Assembly (NCBI GenBank): GCA_036339735.1
Contig: JAYZAL010000036.1
Span: 64,001 to 128,000, forward strand
Reading direction: 5' to 3'
DNA: 64,000 nucleotides
Source of the DNA: Candidatus Poribacteria bacterium
Lineage (GTDB): Bacteria > Poribacteria > WGA-4E > UBA9662
Made by a program: the position numbers and the translations under genes. Shown piece after piece: positions 29,858-41,416 of this stretch; within the stretch, counting starts at the first letter, position 1, and each line of letters starts with the position of its first letter. The notes under the pieces are model-generated. The model was not told the origin of the DNA. It searched no databases and saw nothing but the letters and a program-made list of their open reading frames with translations.

Positions 29858-31285
29858 ATGTTTTTACACGTCTGTTTAAGCCAACCTTCATGTTTATTTC
29901 ATAAATTCTAGGGATACATTGATTTATGTCTCCCGTTGAGTTGGTGGAACTATTGAAGCAGAATAATCTAGATCCTCATGGTTTAGGGTTAACCCAACTG
30001 TATTCCCAAATTTGTAATCAAATACTGTTTCACACCATTCCGAAAAACCCACTAGACCTATGAAATTAAGATTAAAGTCTACTCAAAGCGAAAGCAACGA
30101 CGTCAAATCTTTACTCCAGACTAACCTGACAAATCGACAATAATTTTGCTCCCTGAATTCCCTACCCTTTTCTGGTGAAAACAGCCCGTTTGTAACAAGG
30201 AACACGGAACGCCAAAAACTACATAATCATATCGACTATGGGTACAGTAATTGAAAAATGGCTTTAGTAACAGTTAGAAAGTCATCTTCAGCGAGTAACA
30301 TAAAGAAGCAAAACGAGACATCATAATACTCCAAGAAAATCCGTTTTCAATAATCTAATCTATGAAAAATAAACTCAACCTACCATACCCAAACTCACCT
30401 GAGAGACTAAAATTCAGCAAACTAGATTTCGAATTCGATTCATTAACTACATTGAAGTCATTTGACCACCATAATCTTAGCATGTCTTACAAATGAAACG
30501 TTTCGCTGATTAAAATCACATGTTCAACTTAGATCTTTTATTTTTTCGAATGTATAGTGAGTTAGATATTCTTTCCAATATTGTCAGAATTATGGATAAA
30601 AAAACTCTTGTATTGAAAAGGGTTTACAAGTTTATACAAATGAATCAATAAACCAGGTGTTATAATTCAGGTAATCTAGAAACTGATTCATCTGAACACA
30701 CAATTGAAAAATTCTTTGGCTCTTCTATTTTATAGTGCTAAATGGGGTAAAATGAAGTTTCTGAACCTATTAGGAAGTGATTTTTCTTACTATTAAACAC
30801 TAGCATCCTGCTACTAGAACGTCAGTTGATTTGGATCAACAAAGTAATTCAGCCTAAATGGGTTACCCAGTTTTTGTTTGCCACCAAGTTTAAATGCTAA
30901 CTTCAAGAAAGTATGGCAAGAGACCTTTTTTATTTAATAACGACAGCCACGTTCGGAGAAAAAGTGATTGCCAGCGAAAAACTCAGCAGTAATCAAGAGG
31001 TAGTTCGCTCTCGTAATTCTGTGAAGAGAAATTTAAGCTGGGGGTTCGGCAAAATTAGGTTCATAGAATCACCATATTTTTTACGTTAAACAGAATTCAG
31101 GTTAAGCCTACTATAGCGTACTCAATAGCAGAATTATTTCTCATTACTAATCATTATATCAATGGTATTAGTATAGCTGAAACACGAATCCGGTTACAGT
31201 TTGTAATTCAAGAAAGACCTACGGTTACCGCACATGTTTTTTGGATAACTAAACCAAAACTATACAACGATAGGATGAAAAATTG

Positions 31286-32800
31286 ATGAGAAAAAAGATT
31301 ATATATTTATTACTAGCTTTTTCAGTCAGCCACGTTTTATGGGCGGACAAAAAAAATGTTATTATTAGGACAATTAAGGTTGACCCAAAACAGGTTGCAA
31401 AAATGGTAGATAAACCGAAAGAAGATTGGTTGTCGCTGAGTTTAATGGGGTCCAAGGTTGGGTACGCACACATCTATACTGAACCAACAACTTATCAGGA
31501 TCAACCCGCCATCAAAATTCGTACACATACAATCATCCAAATTCAACGGACGGGAACAGGTTTGCGTCTAGAAACCATTCGTACTTGTTACGTTGGGTTA
31601 GATTTGGTTCCTTTATATTTTTTGTCTTTATCAAATGAAACAGGACAAGAAAAACGTGTTGAAGGGACCATCGAAAACGGCGAGATTGTTTTGAAAACGA
31701 CCTTAGCTGGTATAACAACAGATAGTAGGAGAATACTATCTCCAGATACAATCTTTGATTCAGTCATAGGTTACTTTGCTCTTTACCGTGGACTACAAGT
31801 TGGGGATATCTATGACCTCGATGTTTTTAGCATGGACTTAATGCAACAAGTCAAAACCCACATACAAGTGTTACAAGAAGACCTAGTCGATCATAAACCA
31901 GTCTTTGTTATTGAATACAGAATGGATATCATGGGGGGAATTACGACTAGGGAATGGGTGGGGGCAGATGGGGTAACTCACCGTATGGAATCTGGGCTGA
32001 TGGGTTTGAAATTAGTTCTCACACGAACTGATATGTCAACTGCATTAGACGGTTTAACAGAAGTTGACGTAATTTTAAATACCAAAATCTTATCAACTGG
32101 TTTTTACCCTCTGGCCAATTCAAAAAAAATGTCAGCCAAAATTTCACTTCCTAACTCGAAAGAAGCGATCCTCACCAATCAGCGCCAGAGGTTAGTCTCC
32201 CTAGGTAATCCTGGAATATATCAACTCGACGTTAGCACCCTTGAAGTACTACCAACAGTCACTCGAACAGAATTGGCAAAGAAAGTTCAGGGCGACCATA
32301 ATTTGACAAAATTTCTCTCATCCAGTGTCTATGTACAATCAGATCACCCATCAATAATCCACGTAGCCAATACTGTAGTAAGAAATGAACCTATGGCTCA
32401 TAAAGCTGCAAGTCAATTAAGTAGTTGGGTCTATGAAATCATAAAAAATAAAAATCTGCAGGTCGGTTTTGCTTCAGCTCTCCAAACCTTAGAATCAAAG
32501 ACTGGTGATTGCACAGAACACACCGTGCTATATGTGGCATTGGCTAGAGCTATCGGATTGCCGGCGAGAGTATGTGCCGGACTTGTTTTTCAAAGTGATG
32601 CATTCTATTACCATTTTTGGCCAGAGGTCTATATAGGTGAATGGTTTGCTACCGACCCGACCCTGGGCCAATGGCAAGCAGATGCATCTCACATCCAACT
32701 AGCTGGTAGTATAATGGAGTCTGACTCAATGATCGAAATGGGTGAAGGTGTAATGCGAACGTTGAACCAACTAGAAATTGAAATTTTAAAAACAGAGTAA
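31286..32800 (+). CDS. Secreted transglutaminase-like domain protein
   Basis: Signal peptide; GDCTEHTVL, HFWPEVY and DPT form the Cys-His-Asp triad. Confidence 0.88.
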   Translation: MRKKIIYLLLAFSVSHVLWADKKNVIIRTIKVDPKQVAKMVDKPKEDWLSLSLMGSKVGYAHIYTEPTTYQDQPAIKIRTHTIIQIQRTGTGLRLETIRTCYVGLDLVPLYFLSLSNETGQEKRVEGTIENGEIVLKTTLAGITTDSRRILSPDTIFDSVIGYFALYRGLQVGDIYDLDVFSMDLMQQVKTHIQVLQEDLVDHKPVFVIEYRMDIMGGITTREWVGADGVTHRMESGLMGLKLVLTRTDMSTALDGLTEVDVILNTKILSTGFYPLANSKKMSAKISLPNSKEAILTNQRQRLVSLGNPGIYQLDVSTLEVLPTVTRTELAKKVQGDHNLTKFLSSSVYVQSDHPSIIHVANTVVRNEPMAHKAASQLSSWVYEIIKNKNLQVGFASALQTLESKTGDCTEHTVLYVALARAIGLPARVCAGLVFQSDAFYYHFWPEVYIGEWFATDPTLGQWQADASHIQLAGSIMESDSMIEMGEGVMRTLNQLEIEILKTE

Positions 32801-32818
32801 GAAAAATGCCTAACTAAT

Positions 32819-33616
32819 ATGAAACGTGCAGCATTAGTTTTATCTGGTGGAGGTGCTCTTGGGGCTGCGCATCTTGGTGTTTTACAATCACTGACTCGCC
32901 AGTATAAGTTCGATTTCCTCGCTGGTGTATCAGCTGGCGCGATAGTTACTGGTTTTTTTGCTTCGGGTTTCACGCCAAACCAAGTTTGGGATATTCTCCG
33001 ACAAACTCGCATTTTTTCAAATATGCTAGATCTAGCCAAAAATAATTTTGGACTAGTTGCAGGTAAGCGTTTCACCCAGCTGTTGAAAGAATATCTAGGT
33101 GACGTGGAGATCGATCAACTTCAATATCCACTTTATATTGGTGCCACTGATTTTAAAACCGGAAAAAATCTAGCAATGAATCGAGGGAAATTAATAGATG
33201 CTATTCGTGCGTCGATCTCAGTACCTGTTCTGTTCTCACCACATTATCACCCCTTCTATAAACTGTGGCTAGTTGATGGTGGATTAACGCAGAATTTCCC
33301 TTTGGATGTAGCTATTAATCATTATGAAGGCGACCACATTATAGGCATTGACGTCATTGGCCAGATCAATACGGAGATCAACTTTGGTCAGTCAAGGAAA
33401 TTTCCAATGGAACAGATTAGCAATATCCAGCTTGTTTTAGATCGATCTTTACGAATTATGCTTATGAATCAACAAGCTCAATCTGATGAAGATGCGCGAG
33501 TTCAGGTGATTAGGCCTCCTTTATTCTCCTACACAAGTCGTGATATTAACAAAATGGCCGAAATTTACCAAATTGGACTACAAGTGGGAGAAGAGTTTAT
33601 TCGTGATAACACTTGA
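32819..33616 (+). CDS. Patatin-like phospholipase (RssA/NTE family)
   Basis: GGGALG, GVSAG, DGG. Confidence 0.92.
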   Translation: MKRAALVLSGGGALGAAHLGVLQSLTRQYKFDFLAGVSAGAIVTGFFASGFTPNQVWDILRQTRIFSNMLDLAKNNFGLVAGKRFTQLLKEYLGDVEIDQLQYPLYIGATDFKTGKNLAMNRGKLIDAIRASISVPVLFSPHYHPFYKLWLVDGGLTQNFPLDVAINHYEGDHIIGIDVIGQINTEINFGQSRKFPMEQISNIQLVLDRSLRIMLMNQQAQSDEDARVQVIRPPLFSYTSRDINKMAEIYQIGLQVGEEFIRDNT

Positions 33617-34394
33617 AAGTAAAAATATCATCATTGTAGGCGGAACATCTGGGTTAGGATTATCCGCAGCTAAGGCTTGTCTGAATGCCGGAGCCAGAAT
33701 ATTTACCTTTAGCCGAAATTCAGAAAAAGTCAATCGAGCACAAGAAGAATTGGGGAAAAATGCAAAAGTGATCAAAGGATCCGCTACAGACCCTGACTTT
33801 GTTGACTCAGCCATCGAGATTGCGAGCCAAGAGTTAGGCGAAATTCATGCTCTATACCATGTAGCAGGTGGTAGTGGGAGAGCTAAAGGGGACGGACCAT
33901 TACATAAAATCACTAATCAAGGTTGGCAATACACGATTGATTTAAATCTTTCGTCAGTCTTTTATTCCAACAGAGCTGTTGTTCGGCAATTTCTCAAACA
34001 AGGCCGCGGAGGTAGTATCCTTAATATGGGATCGGTCCTTGCCTTTTCGCCTTCTCCAAAATATTTCAGTACGCACACCTACAGTACTACAAAATCTGCA
34101 TTAATTGGTCTGACGACTTCCATGGCAGCATATTACGCATCAGAACAAATCCGGTTTAATCTAATTGCTCCAGCCTTGACGGAAACACCTATGTCGCAAC
34201 GGGCGACTACAAGTACCGAGATCATGACCTTTATAAAGCGAAAACAACCTCTAGATGGTGGTCGAATTGGGCATCCATCAGACCTGGATTCAGCGGTAGT
34301 TTTTTTCTTGTCTGATCAATCTCGGTTCGTAACCGGCCAAGTTTTGGCAGTAGATGGTGGCTGGACGGTTTCAGATGGACATGAAACACGATGA
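33603..34394 (+). CDS. SDR family oxidoreductase
   Basis: GGTSGLG, YSTTK (YxxxK), VTGQVLAVDGG; GTG start at 33603 overlapping the patatin stop. Confidence 0.92.
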   Translation: MITLESKNIIIVGGTSGLGLSAAKACLNAGARIFTFSRNSEKVNRAQEELGKNAKVIKGSATDPDFVDSAIEIASQELGEIHALYHVAGGSGRAKGDGPLHKITNQGWQYTIDLNLSSVFYSNRAVVRQFLKQGRGGSILNMGSVLAFSPSPKYFSTHTYSTTKSALIGLTTSMAAYYASEQIRFNLIAPALTETPMSQRATTSTEIMTFIKRKQPLDGGRIGHPSDLDSAVVFFLSDQSRFVTGQVLAVDGGWTVSDGHETR

Positions 34395-34588
34395 TTATAC
34401 GCTGCTAATTTCATAAATCTTCAAAGAAATAAAAATTTCAACTCACACGTCATCAATATAAAGTTCAAGATAGTATGCAGTTCCTTTAGATTAGCCCATT
34501 GAATAGGCTATACATTAGGTTTTTCATCAATTATAACTGACAAAGAATAAAGTAGGGTGCCGTATCGGCATTATAGCTACAAACTCTT

Positions 34589-35434
34589 ATGATTTCTAAC
34601 TCTGCTAATCCTGAACATGTTACTGTTGATTGCCCGATATGCAAAATTAATGAAACTAAATTCCTATTTCGAAAGGATGATTTGAACGTGGTTTCATGTT
34701 GCCGGTGTCAATTGACCTATGTTAACCCACGTCTATCAGATAGGATACTCGCCGGGGGCTATAGCTTAGATTACTATCCCATAGAAAAACAAACGAAATT
34801 GACCGCTGATCCAATGGAATGGGCACAAATGAGAGAACGTTTAGCAGAAGTCACTACAAAAGTGGAGGGGCGCAAACTACTCGACTTAGGTTGCGGAATG
34901 GGGACCTTTTTGCATCTGGCTCAATCCGAAAATTGGCAATCTATTGGTGTGGACCTTTCTAAGGAGGGTTGTCAATTTGCCAGAGAACACTACGGACTTG
35001 ATGTATTGTGTAGCGATTTATTTGAAGCTAATTTTCCATCTAACTATTTCGACGTAGTAACGTTGTTTCATGTCCTAGAGCATGTACCAGATCCTAATTC
35101 ACTGCTCATAGAAATCAATCGTATATTAAAACCGGGTGTTGGACGTCTCGTGATCGAAGTACCTAATGGTGGTAGTATTCATATGAGGTTTCAAAAGGAA
35201 AGATGGCCTTATGTACATCCCAAAGATCACCTCTATTATTTTACTAATCACACTTTGAAACTGTTGCTACAAAAGAATGGTTTCAACCAAATCGAAACAG
35301 GGCGACCACGTCGAGTTAGTGCTAGTAGAAATGTAAAACAGACAATCAAATTTTCTATTCAAAAACCAGTCAGTGATTTGCTAGTTCGTTTAAATTTATC
35401 GACAGTGATTCGTTTGTATGCGAGTTATCATTAG
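34589..35434 (+). CDS. Class I SAM-dependent methyltransferase with N-terminal Zn ribbon
   Basis: CPIC...CCRC; LLDLGCGMG; FHVLEHVPDP; IEVPN. Confidence 0.9.
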   Translation: MISNSANPEHVTVDCPICKINETKFLFRKDDLNVVSCCRCQLTYVNPRLSDRILAGGYSLDYYPIEKQTKLTADPMEWAQMRERLAEVTTKVEGRKLLDLGCGMGTFLHLAQSENWQSIGVDLSKEGCQFAREHYGLDVLCSDLFEANFPSNYFDVVTLFHVLEHVPDPNSLLIEINRILKPGVGRLVIEVPNGGSIHMRFQKERWPYVHPKDHLYYFTNHTLKLLLQKNGFNQIETGRPRRVSASRNVKQTIKFSIQKPVSDLLVRLNLSTVIRLYASYH

Positions 35435-35449
35435 CTCAGAACCTTCAAC

Positions 35450-35479
35450 TTGTTAGGCCAAAAAAAGCTATGCTATAAT
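35450..35479 (+). promoter_or_regulatory. Candidate sigma-70 promoter for the rib operon
   Basis: TTGTTA-N18-TATAAT with extended TGn (TGCTATAAT at 35471-35479). Confidence 0.5.
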
Positions 35480-35620
35480 AGCCGGCCGGTTTCCGACAAT
35501 TCTGTTCATTATTAATACCCTAGCTCACTTCCTGTCCAATCCAGTCTTTTTCATTATAATGTTGAGTCAGGAGTCTTAATAATATTGGTCATTGGCCTGT
35601 TCTGTGGATAAAATAAAACA

Positions 35621-36733
35621 GTGAACCTAGATTTGCACTTTATGCAAAAAGCTTTAGATTTAGCTGAGAAGGGACGAGGTCGAACTAGCCCTAACCCGAT
35701 GGTGGGAGCTGTGATCGTCCAAAATGGTAGGGTTGTCGGGCAGGGGTTTCATGAAAGAGCAGGTACTCCTCATGCCGAGATTCATGCTTTGAAAGATGCT
35801 GGAAACAAAGCAATGGGTGCCGACTTGTACGTCACTTTGGAACCATGCTGTCATTTTGGCCGAACAGCCCCTTGCACATCGGCCGTTATAGAAGCTGGTA
35901 TTCGGCGAGTGGTAGTAGCCATGGTAGACCCAAACCCAAAAGTGGCAGGAAAAGGTCTGGATCAACTTCGTCGAGCGGATATCGAGACATCGGTTGGTCT
36001 AATGGCGGATGAGGCTCACAAGCTCAATAGTAGTTTTATCAAACATATAACCACCGGTTTGCCATTGGTAATTTTGAAAGCAGCTAGTAGCCTAGATGGC
36101 AAAATTGCTACCGCGACTGGCGAGTCCAAATGGATTACAAGTCCGTTATCGAGGCTTAAGGTCCACGAAATTCGGAATCACGTTGATGCAATACTCGTAG
36201 GTGTGGGAACCGTATTAGCTGATGATCCAGAGCTAACGGTACGATTATCTGACCAAGATAAAACTAAAGATCCTGTTCGAGTAATTGTTGACTCAAAAGG
36301 CAGAACTCCGCCCTCAGCTAAGGTTTTTGCACCTAACAGCTCGACTAAAGTTATTATTGCTACAACGAATCAGATTAAATTGGAACAGCAGCAAATATAT
36401 GAGAAATTGGGAGTGGAGGTCTTGTTGATTCCATCTAGATCAAACGGTCGTGTAGATCTGAAGCAGCTTATTTCGAAGTTGGGGCAGCGACAAATCACAA
36501 GCTTATTGATCGAAGGTGGGGGTGAAATTCATGCTTCTGCTATTGGTTCAGGTATTGTTGACGAAGTGTTTTTCTTCTTGGCCCCAATCCTGATTGGTGG
36601 TCGAGAAGCCCCCAGCCCAATTCAAGGTAATGGTATCAAACATTTACACGAAGCTGTACAACTCAAAAAAATGACCTGTACAACTATCGGTCAAGATTTA
36701 ATGGTTCACGCACAGATTGAAACTAAAAAATAA
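35621..36733 (+). CDS. ribD: Bifunctional pyrimidine deaminase/reductase
   Basis: PNPMVGAV, HAE, TLEPCCH...PC, SLDGKIA, EGGG. Confidence 0.97.
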   Translation: MNLDLHFMQKALDLAEKGRGRTSPNPMVGAVIVQNGRVVGQGFHERAGTPHAEIHALKDAGNKAMGADLYVTLEPCCHFGRTAPCTSAVIEAGIRRVVVAMVDPNPKVAGKGLDQLRRADIETSVGLMADEAHKLNSSFIKHITTGLPLVILKAASSLDGKIATATGESKWITSPLSRLKVHEIRNHVDAILVGVGTVLADDPELTVRLSDQDKTKDPVRVIVDSKGRTPPSAKVFAPNSSTKVIIATTNQIKLEQQQIYEKLGVEVLLIPSRSNGRVDLKQLISKLGQRQITSLLIEGGGEIHASAIGSGIVDEVFFFLAPILIGGREAPSPIQGNGIKHLHEAVQLKKMTCTTIGQDLMVHAQIETKK

Positions 36734-36747
36734 TACGATCAAAATCT

Positions 36748-37395
36748 ATGTTTACCGGAATTGTTGAAGAAATAGGAAAAATTAATCAAGTTTTAAGCCG
36801 ACCCGGTCAAGCAGTTCAATTGGAATTGGCTGCAAAAAAAGTAATCCAAGATGCGAAAATAGGCGATAGCATAGCTGTTAATGGCGTTTGCTTGACCATC
36901 ACGGATTTGAATCTCAAGAGTTTTCGAGCTGATGTGTCTCCGGAAACATTGCGCTTAACAAACTTGGCAAGCTTATCGGTTGGAGGGCAAGTCAATTTGG
37001 AGCGTCCTCTTCGTCTCAGTGATCGGTTAGGAGGTCATTTGGTACAAGGGCATATTGATGACACAGGAATAGTTACCGGATGGAAGGATGAAAGCTCAGC
37101 TTCTGTTATGAAGGTCAGTGTGTCGTCTGAAATCAGCCGTTACTTAGTCTATAAAGGGTCCGTAACACTTGATGGAGTTAGCTTAACTATATCTGAGTGG
37201 GAAGAAAAATCTTTTGAAGTCACCCTAATACCACATACGAAAGAGGTGACAACCTTAGGCCAAATACGAGTAGGCGATAGAATCAATATTGAAGTGGATT
37301 TGATAGGTCGTTATGTCGAACGATTTTTCAGTTCTGCAAAAGATACAAGTGAAATTACACTCGAGCTTCTCAGAAAAAGTGGATATGTTAACTAA
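36748..37395 (+). CDS. ribE: Riboflavin synthase
   Basis: MFTGIVEE N-terminus, GDSIAVNGVCLT, GGHLVQGH. Confidence 0.97.
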   Translation: MFTGIVEEIGKINQVLSRPGQAVQLELAAKKVIQDAKIGDSIAVNGVCLTITDLNLKSFRADVSPETLRLTNLASLSVGGQVNLERPLRLSDRLGGHLVQGHIDDTGIVTGWKDESSASVMKVSVSSEISRYLVYKGSVTLDGVSLTISEWEEKSFEVTLIPHTKEVTTLGQIRVGDRINIEVDLIGRYVERFFSSAKDTSEITLELLRKSGYVN

Positions 37396-37451
37396 GTCTA
37401 TTGGCTTTGGAACTACAAAAACACAAAAAATAATAACAGGAATATAAAAAC

Positions 37452-38660
37452 GTGTTGTTCAATACCATCCCAGAAGGAATTGATGCCATCCGTCAAGGTG
37501 AAATTTTGGTTGTGGTCGATGACCCTGATCGAGAAAATGAGGGTGATCTGGTCATGGCAGCGGAAAAAGCAACACCAGAAGCAATAAATTTTATGGCCAA
37601 GTACGGTCGTGGTATGATCTGCCTGCCAGCTACCTCCCAGAGACTCAAGGAACTTGAACTGTTTGAAATGGTGTCCGATAATACTTCCAAAATGAGTACG
37701 GCTTTCACCGTCACAATTGATGCTAAAGAAGTCAAAACTGGAATTTCAGCTCAAGAACGTTCAATGACTATCCAACAATTCATCAATCCAGAAGCATCAG
37801 CTGATGATTTTCTGCGTCCGGGGCATATCTTCCCACTCAAGGCAACGGAAGGTGGAGTACTGCGTCGGGCAGGTCATACTGAAGCCGCTATTGATTTGTG
37901 TAAACTAGCTGGCCTGCAGCCTGCGGGTGTAATATGCGAAATTTTGAGCGAAGATGGTACCATGGCGCGAGCACCTGAATTGATTACTTTTGCAAAACAA
38001 CACAAACTCAAAATTATTACCATTGAGGACCTAATCGCTTATCGATTGCAAACGGAGACATTAATTCGCCGTACAGCAGAAGCTGCTTTACCTACAATGC
38101 ATGGTCAATTCCAGCTGATATCCTACGAAAGTACAACAGATGGGGAAACACATACTGCACTCCAGAAAGGCGAAATTTCATCCTGTCGTCCAACTCTGGT
38201 TCGGGTACACTCTCAATGTTTGACTGGAGATGTTTTTGGGTCTCTACGTTGTGATTGTGGTGAACAACTGGATCGAGCTTTAGCTATGATTAACCAGGAG
38301 GATGAGGGTATTCTCCTCTATATGAGACAAGAAGGTCGGGGGATGGGGCTAGATAACAAAATTCGGGCTTACCAATTGCAAGATCAAGAAGGTCTCGACA
38401 CTGTTGAAGCAAACGAAAAATTGGGTTTCCCTGCTGATCTACGAGACTATGGAATCGGGGCACAAATTTTGAGAGATTTGGGGGTAAGCCAGATGAAACT
38501 CTTGACCAATAATCCTAGGAAAATTAGTGGTTTACATGGCCACGGGTTAGAAGTTATTGAGCGAATACCCCTGCAAATAAAACCGCAAAAATTCAACCAG
38601 AATTATTTAAATACTAAACGTTCAAAACTTGGCCATTTGGTTTTAGAAGAACCAAATTAG
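37452..38660 (+). CDS. ribBA: DHBP synthase / GTP cyclohydrolase II
   Basis: [32 protein letters not shown]...CDCG, QEGRG. Confidence 0.97.
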   Translation: MLFNTIPEGIDAIRQGEILVVVDDPDRENEGDLVMAAEKATPEAINFMAKYGRGMICLPATSQRLKELELFEMVSDNTSKMSTAFTVTIDAKEVKTGISAQERSMTIQQFINPEASADDFLRPGHIFPLKATEGGVLRRAGHTEAAIDLCKLAGLQPAGVICEILSEDGTMARAPELITFAKQHKLKIITIEDLIAYRLQTETLIRRTAEAALPTMHGQFQLISYESTTDGETHTALQKGEISSCRPTLVRVHSQCLTGDVFGSLRCDCGEQLDRALAMINQEDEGILLYMRQEGRGMGLDNKIRAYQLQDQEGLDTVEANEKLGFPADLRDYGIGAQILRDLGVSQMKLLTNNPRKISGLHGHGLEVIERIPLQIKPQKFNQNYLNTKRSKLGHLVLEEPN

Positions 38661-38692
38661 ATTAAACAAACAAAAAATAATTAAAAAGCTAA

Positions 38693-39184
38693 ATGAAAAA
38701 AATATACGAAGGCAATCTGGTTGGGACCGACATCAAATTTGCTATAGTTGCGAGTCGTTTCAACAATTTTATCACCGATAGTCTACTGAAGGGAGCTGAA
38801 GATGCTCTCAAGCGACATGGTGTTGATTTAAATAGTATAGACCTGTTTTGGGTTCCGGGAGCCTTTGAAATCCCGCTCACAGCCAAACTCGTAGCCGAAA
38901 CTAATCAATATGATGCTGTTATTTGTCTAGGTGCAGTAATTCGTGGCTCGACCGTTCACTTTGATTACGTTGCGGGTGAAAGTGCTAAAGGCATTACCCA
39001 AGTTGCGCTGTCTACCGGTATACCTTTAGTTTTTGGATTAGTCACTACTGACACCATTGAGCAAGCAATCGAACGAGCAGGTACAAAAGCTGGTAACAAA
39101 GGTGCGGAAGCTAGTGTTACTGCAATTGAGTTAGTCAACCTGCACCGACAGATTCGTCAGATCAAAAAATCACTACCAGAATGA
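38693..39184 (+). CDS. ribH: 6,7-dimethyl-8-ribityllumazine synthase
   Basis: [29 protein letters not shown]. Confidence 0.97.
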   Translation: MKKIYEGNLVGTDIKFAIVASRFNNFITDSLLKGAEDALKRHGVDLNSIDLFWVPGAFEIPLTAKLVAETNQYDAVICLGAVIRGSTVHFDYVAGESAKGITQVALSTGIPLVFGLVTTDTIEQAIERAGTKAGNKGAEASVTAIELVNLHRQIRQIKKSLPE

Positions 39185-39792
39185 TAGCTATTGTCGACTA
39201 CAATGCTGGAAATGTGACCAGTGTACTTCGCGCTGTTCAACATCTTGGGTTTGAAGCTGAGATTACAAGCAATTTAGAACGTATTCAATCAGCTCAAAAA
39301 ATCATTTTCCCAGGTGTTGGAGCAGCTAAAGCCACTATGGCGGAGTTACAGAAAAGGGGATTAGACTTACTTTTGAAGGAATCTTTTGAGTCTGGAACAC
39401 CAATGCTAGGCATCTGTATCGGGATCCAAATACTATTTGAACATAGCTCGGAAGAAGATACAAATTGTCTCGGTCTCCTACCAGGTCGGGTTGAACAGTT
39501 TTCAGCTAGTCATGGCTACAAAGTTCCACAAATCGGATGGAATACTGTGAGTCAAGCAGAATCTCACTGGATTTTTTCAGGCATACCCGATTGCTCTTAC
39601 TTCTACTTCGTTAACTCATATTATCCAATACCATCTAATGATGAAATCCAGATTGGTTGTACACACTACAAAGTTGATTTTTGTAGCGTAGTTGCAAAAG
39701 AGAACTTAGTAGCCACACAATTTCACTTAGAAAAGAGTGGCACAGTCGGATTAAAAATGTTAGACAATTTTCTCAATTATTGTCCATATTAG
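39181..39792 (+). CDS. hisH: Imidazole glycerol phosphate synthase, glutamine amidotransferase subunit
   Basis: [17 protein letters not shown] (Cys nucleophile), VPQIGWN, QFHLEKS. Confidence 0.92.
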   Translation: MIAIVDYNAGNVTSVLRAVQHLGFEAEITSNLERIQSAQKIIFPGVGAAKATMAELQKRGLDLLLKESFESGTPMLGICIGIQILFEHSSEEDTNCLGLLPGRVEQFSASHGYKVPQIGWNTVSQAESHWIFSGIPDCSYFYFVNSYYPIPSNDEIQIGCTHYKVDFCSVVAKENLVATQFHLEKSGTVGLKMLDNFLNYCPY

Positions 39793-39816
39793 GAATAATA
39801 TAGTCATTTGTAGATA

Positions 39817-41406
39817 ATGTCGTCAGTACTCTTAGTAGGACTGATTCTTTTGATTAACCTTTTCCTCTATGGAGCTGAAGGCCCCCTAGTCGGATTTCGG
39901 AATGCTTATATCGCCACTCATTTGTATTATGGAGTGATGATCCTAGCTGGCCGTTTTTCGACGAGGGTCGGTCAATACTCTGTTTTTGCTTTAACTACGA
40001 TAGCGAACCTAGTTTACGTAGTCCTCAACCCTAACCAGTTTGAATTTGTAATCGTTGCTTTGGTCTACCCTTTCGTAGCACTCTCCATAGTACGGACGAT
40101 CTGGCGATTAAAAATAGAGAAGCAGAAAACTAACGATCAACTGGCTAATATTGATTCTGTAAATACAAATTTGGCTAAACAAATTCATAGTTTGTCCACC
40201 CTATTCGATATTAGTCAAACCACCAGTATGCAAAGTAAGCCATCAACTGGAAATCTGAAGATTTTGCTGGGCGAAATCACTCAGATACTAGCAGATAAAG
40301 TTGGTATTCATCGTTTGACTCTTCGGATTTGGACTGATAATCAGCTATCGGAACAAGTTTTAACAACTGTAGGCTTAACTACATCCGAAATTCGACGAGG
40401 TGAGGTCAATAATATTGAACAAATCTGCCAACACGTGTTAGATAACAACGAACCTGTTGCTATTTTACATAAAGCAGGGGAGATATGTCCTCTTCCAGAC
40501 TCTTGGCAATCAGAAGTTGCTGCTGCGTTAAATAAAGATCAAGTGGCTGCATGGTGTTTACCTATAAGAATTAATCAAAATCCCATTGGGACGTTAACTC
40601 TTGACAAAGCAGCAGAACAATTTTCGGTCGAAGAAGATTTGAGGATTTTAACGATCGTATCATCTATAGTGGCACAAAGAGTTGAGATTCAACAAATGTT
40701 TAATTCAGTAGTTGAAGCTGAAAGAATGGCTGCTCTGGGTAAAATGGCAACCACTATCGCTCACGAAGTCCGAAACCCTTTAGGTGGTATCCGTGGGGCT
40801 GCACAGCTGTTGGAATTGGAATTAACTCACTCTTCGGAGACCCAGTCTTATCTCAATATAATCCTCAAGGAAGTCGATCGGTTAAATCGGGTTGTAGGAG
40901 AGTTACTTGTTTTTGGTCGTCCTTACGAGTCCAATTTTCAGCAGGTTGATTTAAGACAAACGATAATAAAGACTGTGGAATTGTGCAAAACAGATTTGGA
41001 GAAGTATAGCATTGAAGTTGTCGAACTATTTCAACCTAATCTACCTCTGGTAGAGCTCGATCAGGATCGAATACAACAGGTGATTTTGAATCTTTGTCGA
41101 AATGCCATTGAATCAATGAGCGGGGAAGGACAACTAATTTTTCATTTAAATTCAGCAGATAGTAGAGAACAAATAGAACTTTGTATTGAAGACACAGGAA
41201 AAGGCATAGACGAAGACATCATACCGTACTTGTTCGACCCATTTTTTACCACCAAACCAAAAGGGACAGGAATTGGCTTAGCACTTAGTCATCAGATTAT
41301 GACCGAACACAGTGGGAAAATTAGAGTTGATGTAACAAAGACAAATGGTGCAGCGTTTATTATGACGCTGCCGATTAAACAAAATCAGACAAGTGGAGTT
41401 CAGTAA
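39817..41406 (+). CDS. NtrB-like sensor histidine kinase with TM region and GAF domain
   Basis: H-box AHEVRNPLGGIRGAAQLL nearly identical to NtrB; N/G1/F/G2 boxes; N-terminal TMs; central GAF. Confidence 0.88.
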   Translation: MSSVLLVGLILLINLFLYGAEGPLVGFRNAYIATHLYYGVMILAGRFSTRVGQYSVFALTTIANLVYVVLNPNQFEFVIVALVYPFVALSIVRTIWRLKIEKQKTNDQLANIDSVNTNLAKQIHSLSTLFDISQTTSMQSKPSTGNLKILLGEITQILADKVGIHRLTLRIWTDNQLSEQVLTTVGLTTSEIRRGEVNNIEQICQHVLDNNEPVAILHKAGEICPLPDSWQSEVAAALNKDQVAAWCLPIRINQNPIGTLTLDKAAEQFSVEEDLRILTIVSSIVAQRVEIQQMFNSVVEAERMAALGKMATTIAHEVRNPLGGIRGAAQLLELELTHSSETQSYLNIILKEVDRLNRVVGELLVFGRPYESNFQQVDLRQTIIKTVELCKTDLEKYSIEVVELFQPNLPLVELDQDRIQQVILNLCRNAIESMSGEGQLIFHLNSADSREQIELCIEDTGKGIDEDIIPYLFDPFFTTKPKGTGIGLALSHQIMTEHSGKIRVDVTKTNGAAFIMTLPIKQNQTSGVQ

Positions 41407-41416
41407 AAAAACTCAA

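Noticed and set aside
29927-30064. 45-aa ORF faintly resembling a UbiG-type methyltransferase C-terminus
   Set aside because: Similarity too short and weak to call a pseudogene without a search
32819-33616. Patatin as a CBASS or other defence effector
   Set aside because: RssA-type motifs and no cyclase or other defence genes nearby
35603-35611. DnaA box TGTGGATAA suggesting oriC
   Set aside because: Single isolated box, no cluster and no dnaA/dnaN context
35435-35620. FMN riboswitch upstream of ribD
   Set aside because: None of the conserved RFN segments (AGGGCAGGGTGAAATTCCC, AGCCCGCGA, AGTCTGGATG) is present
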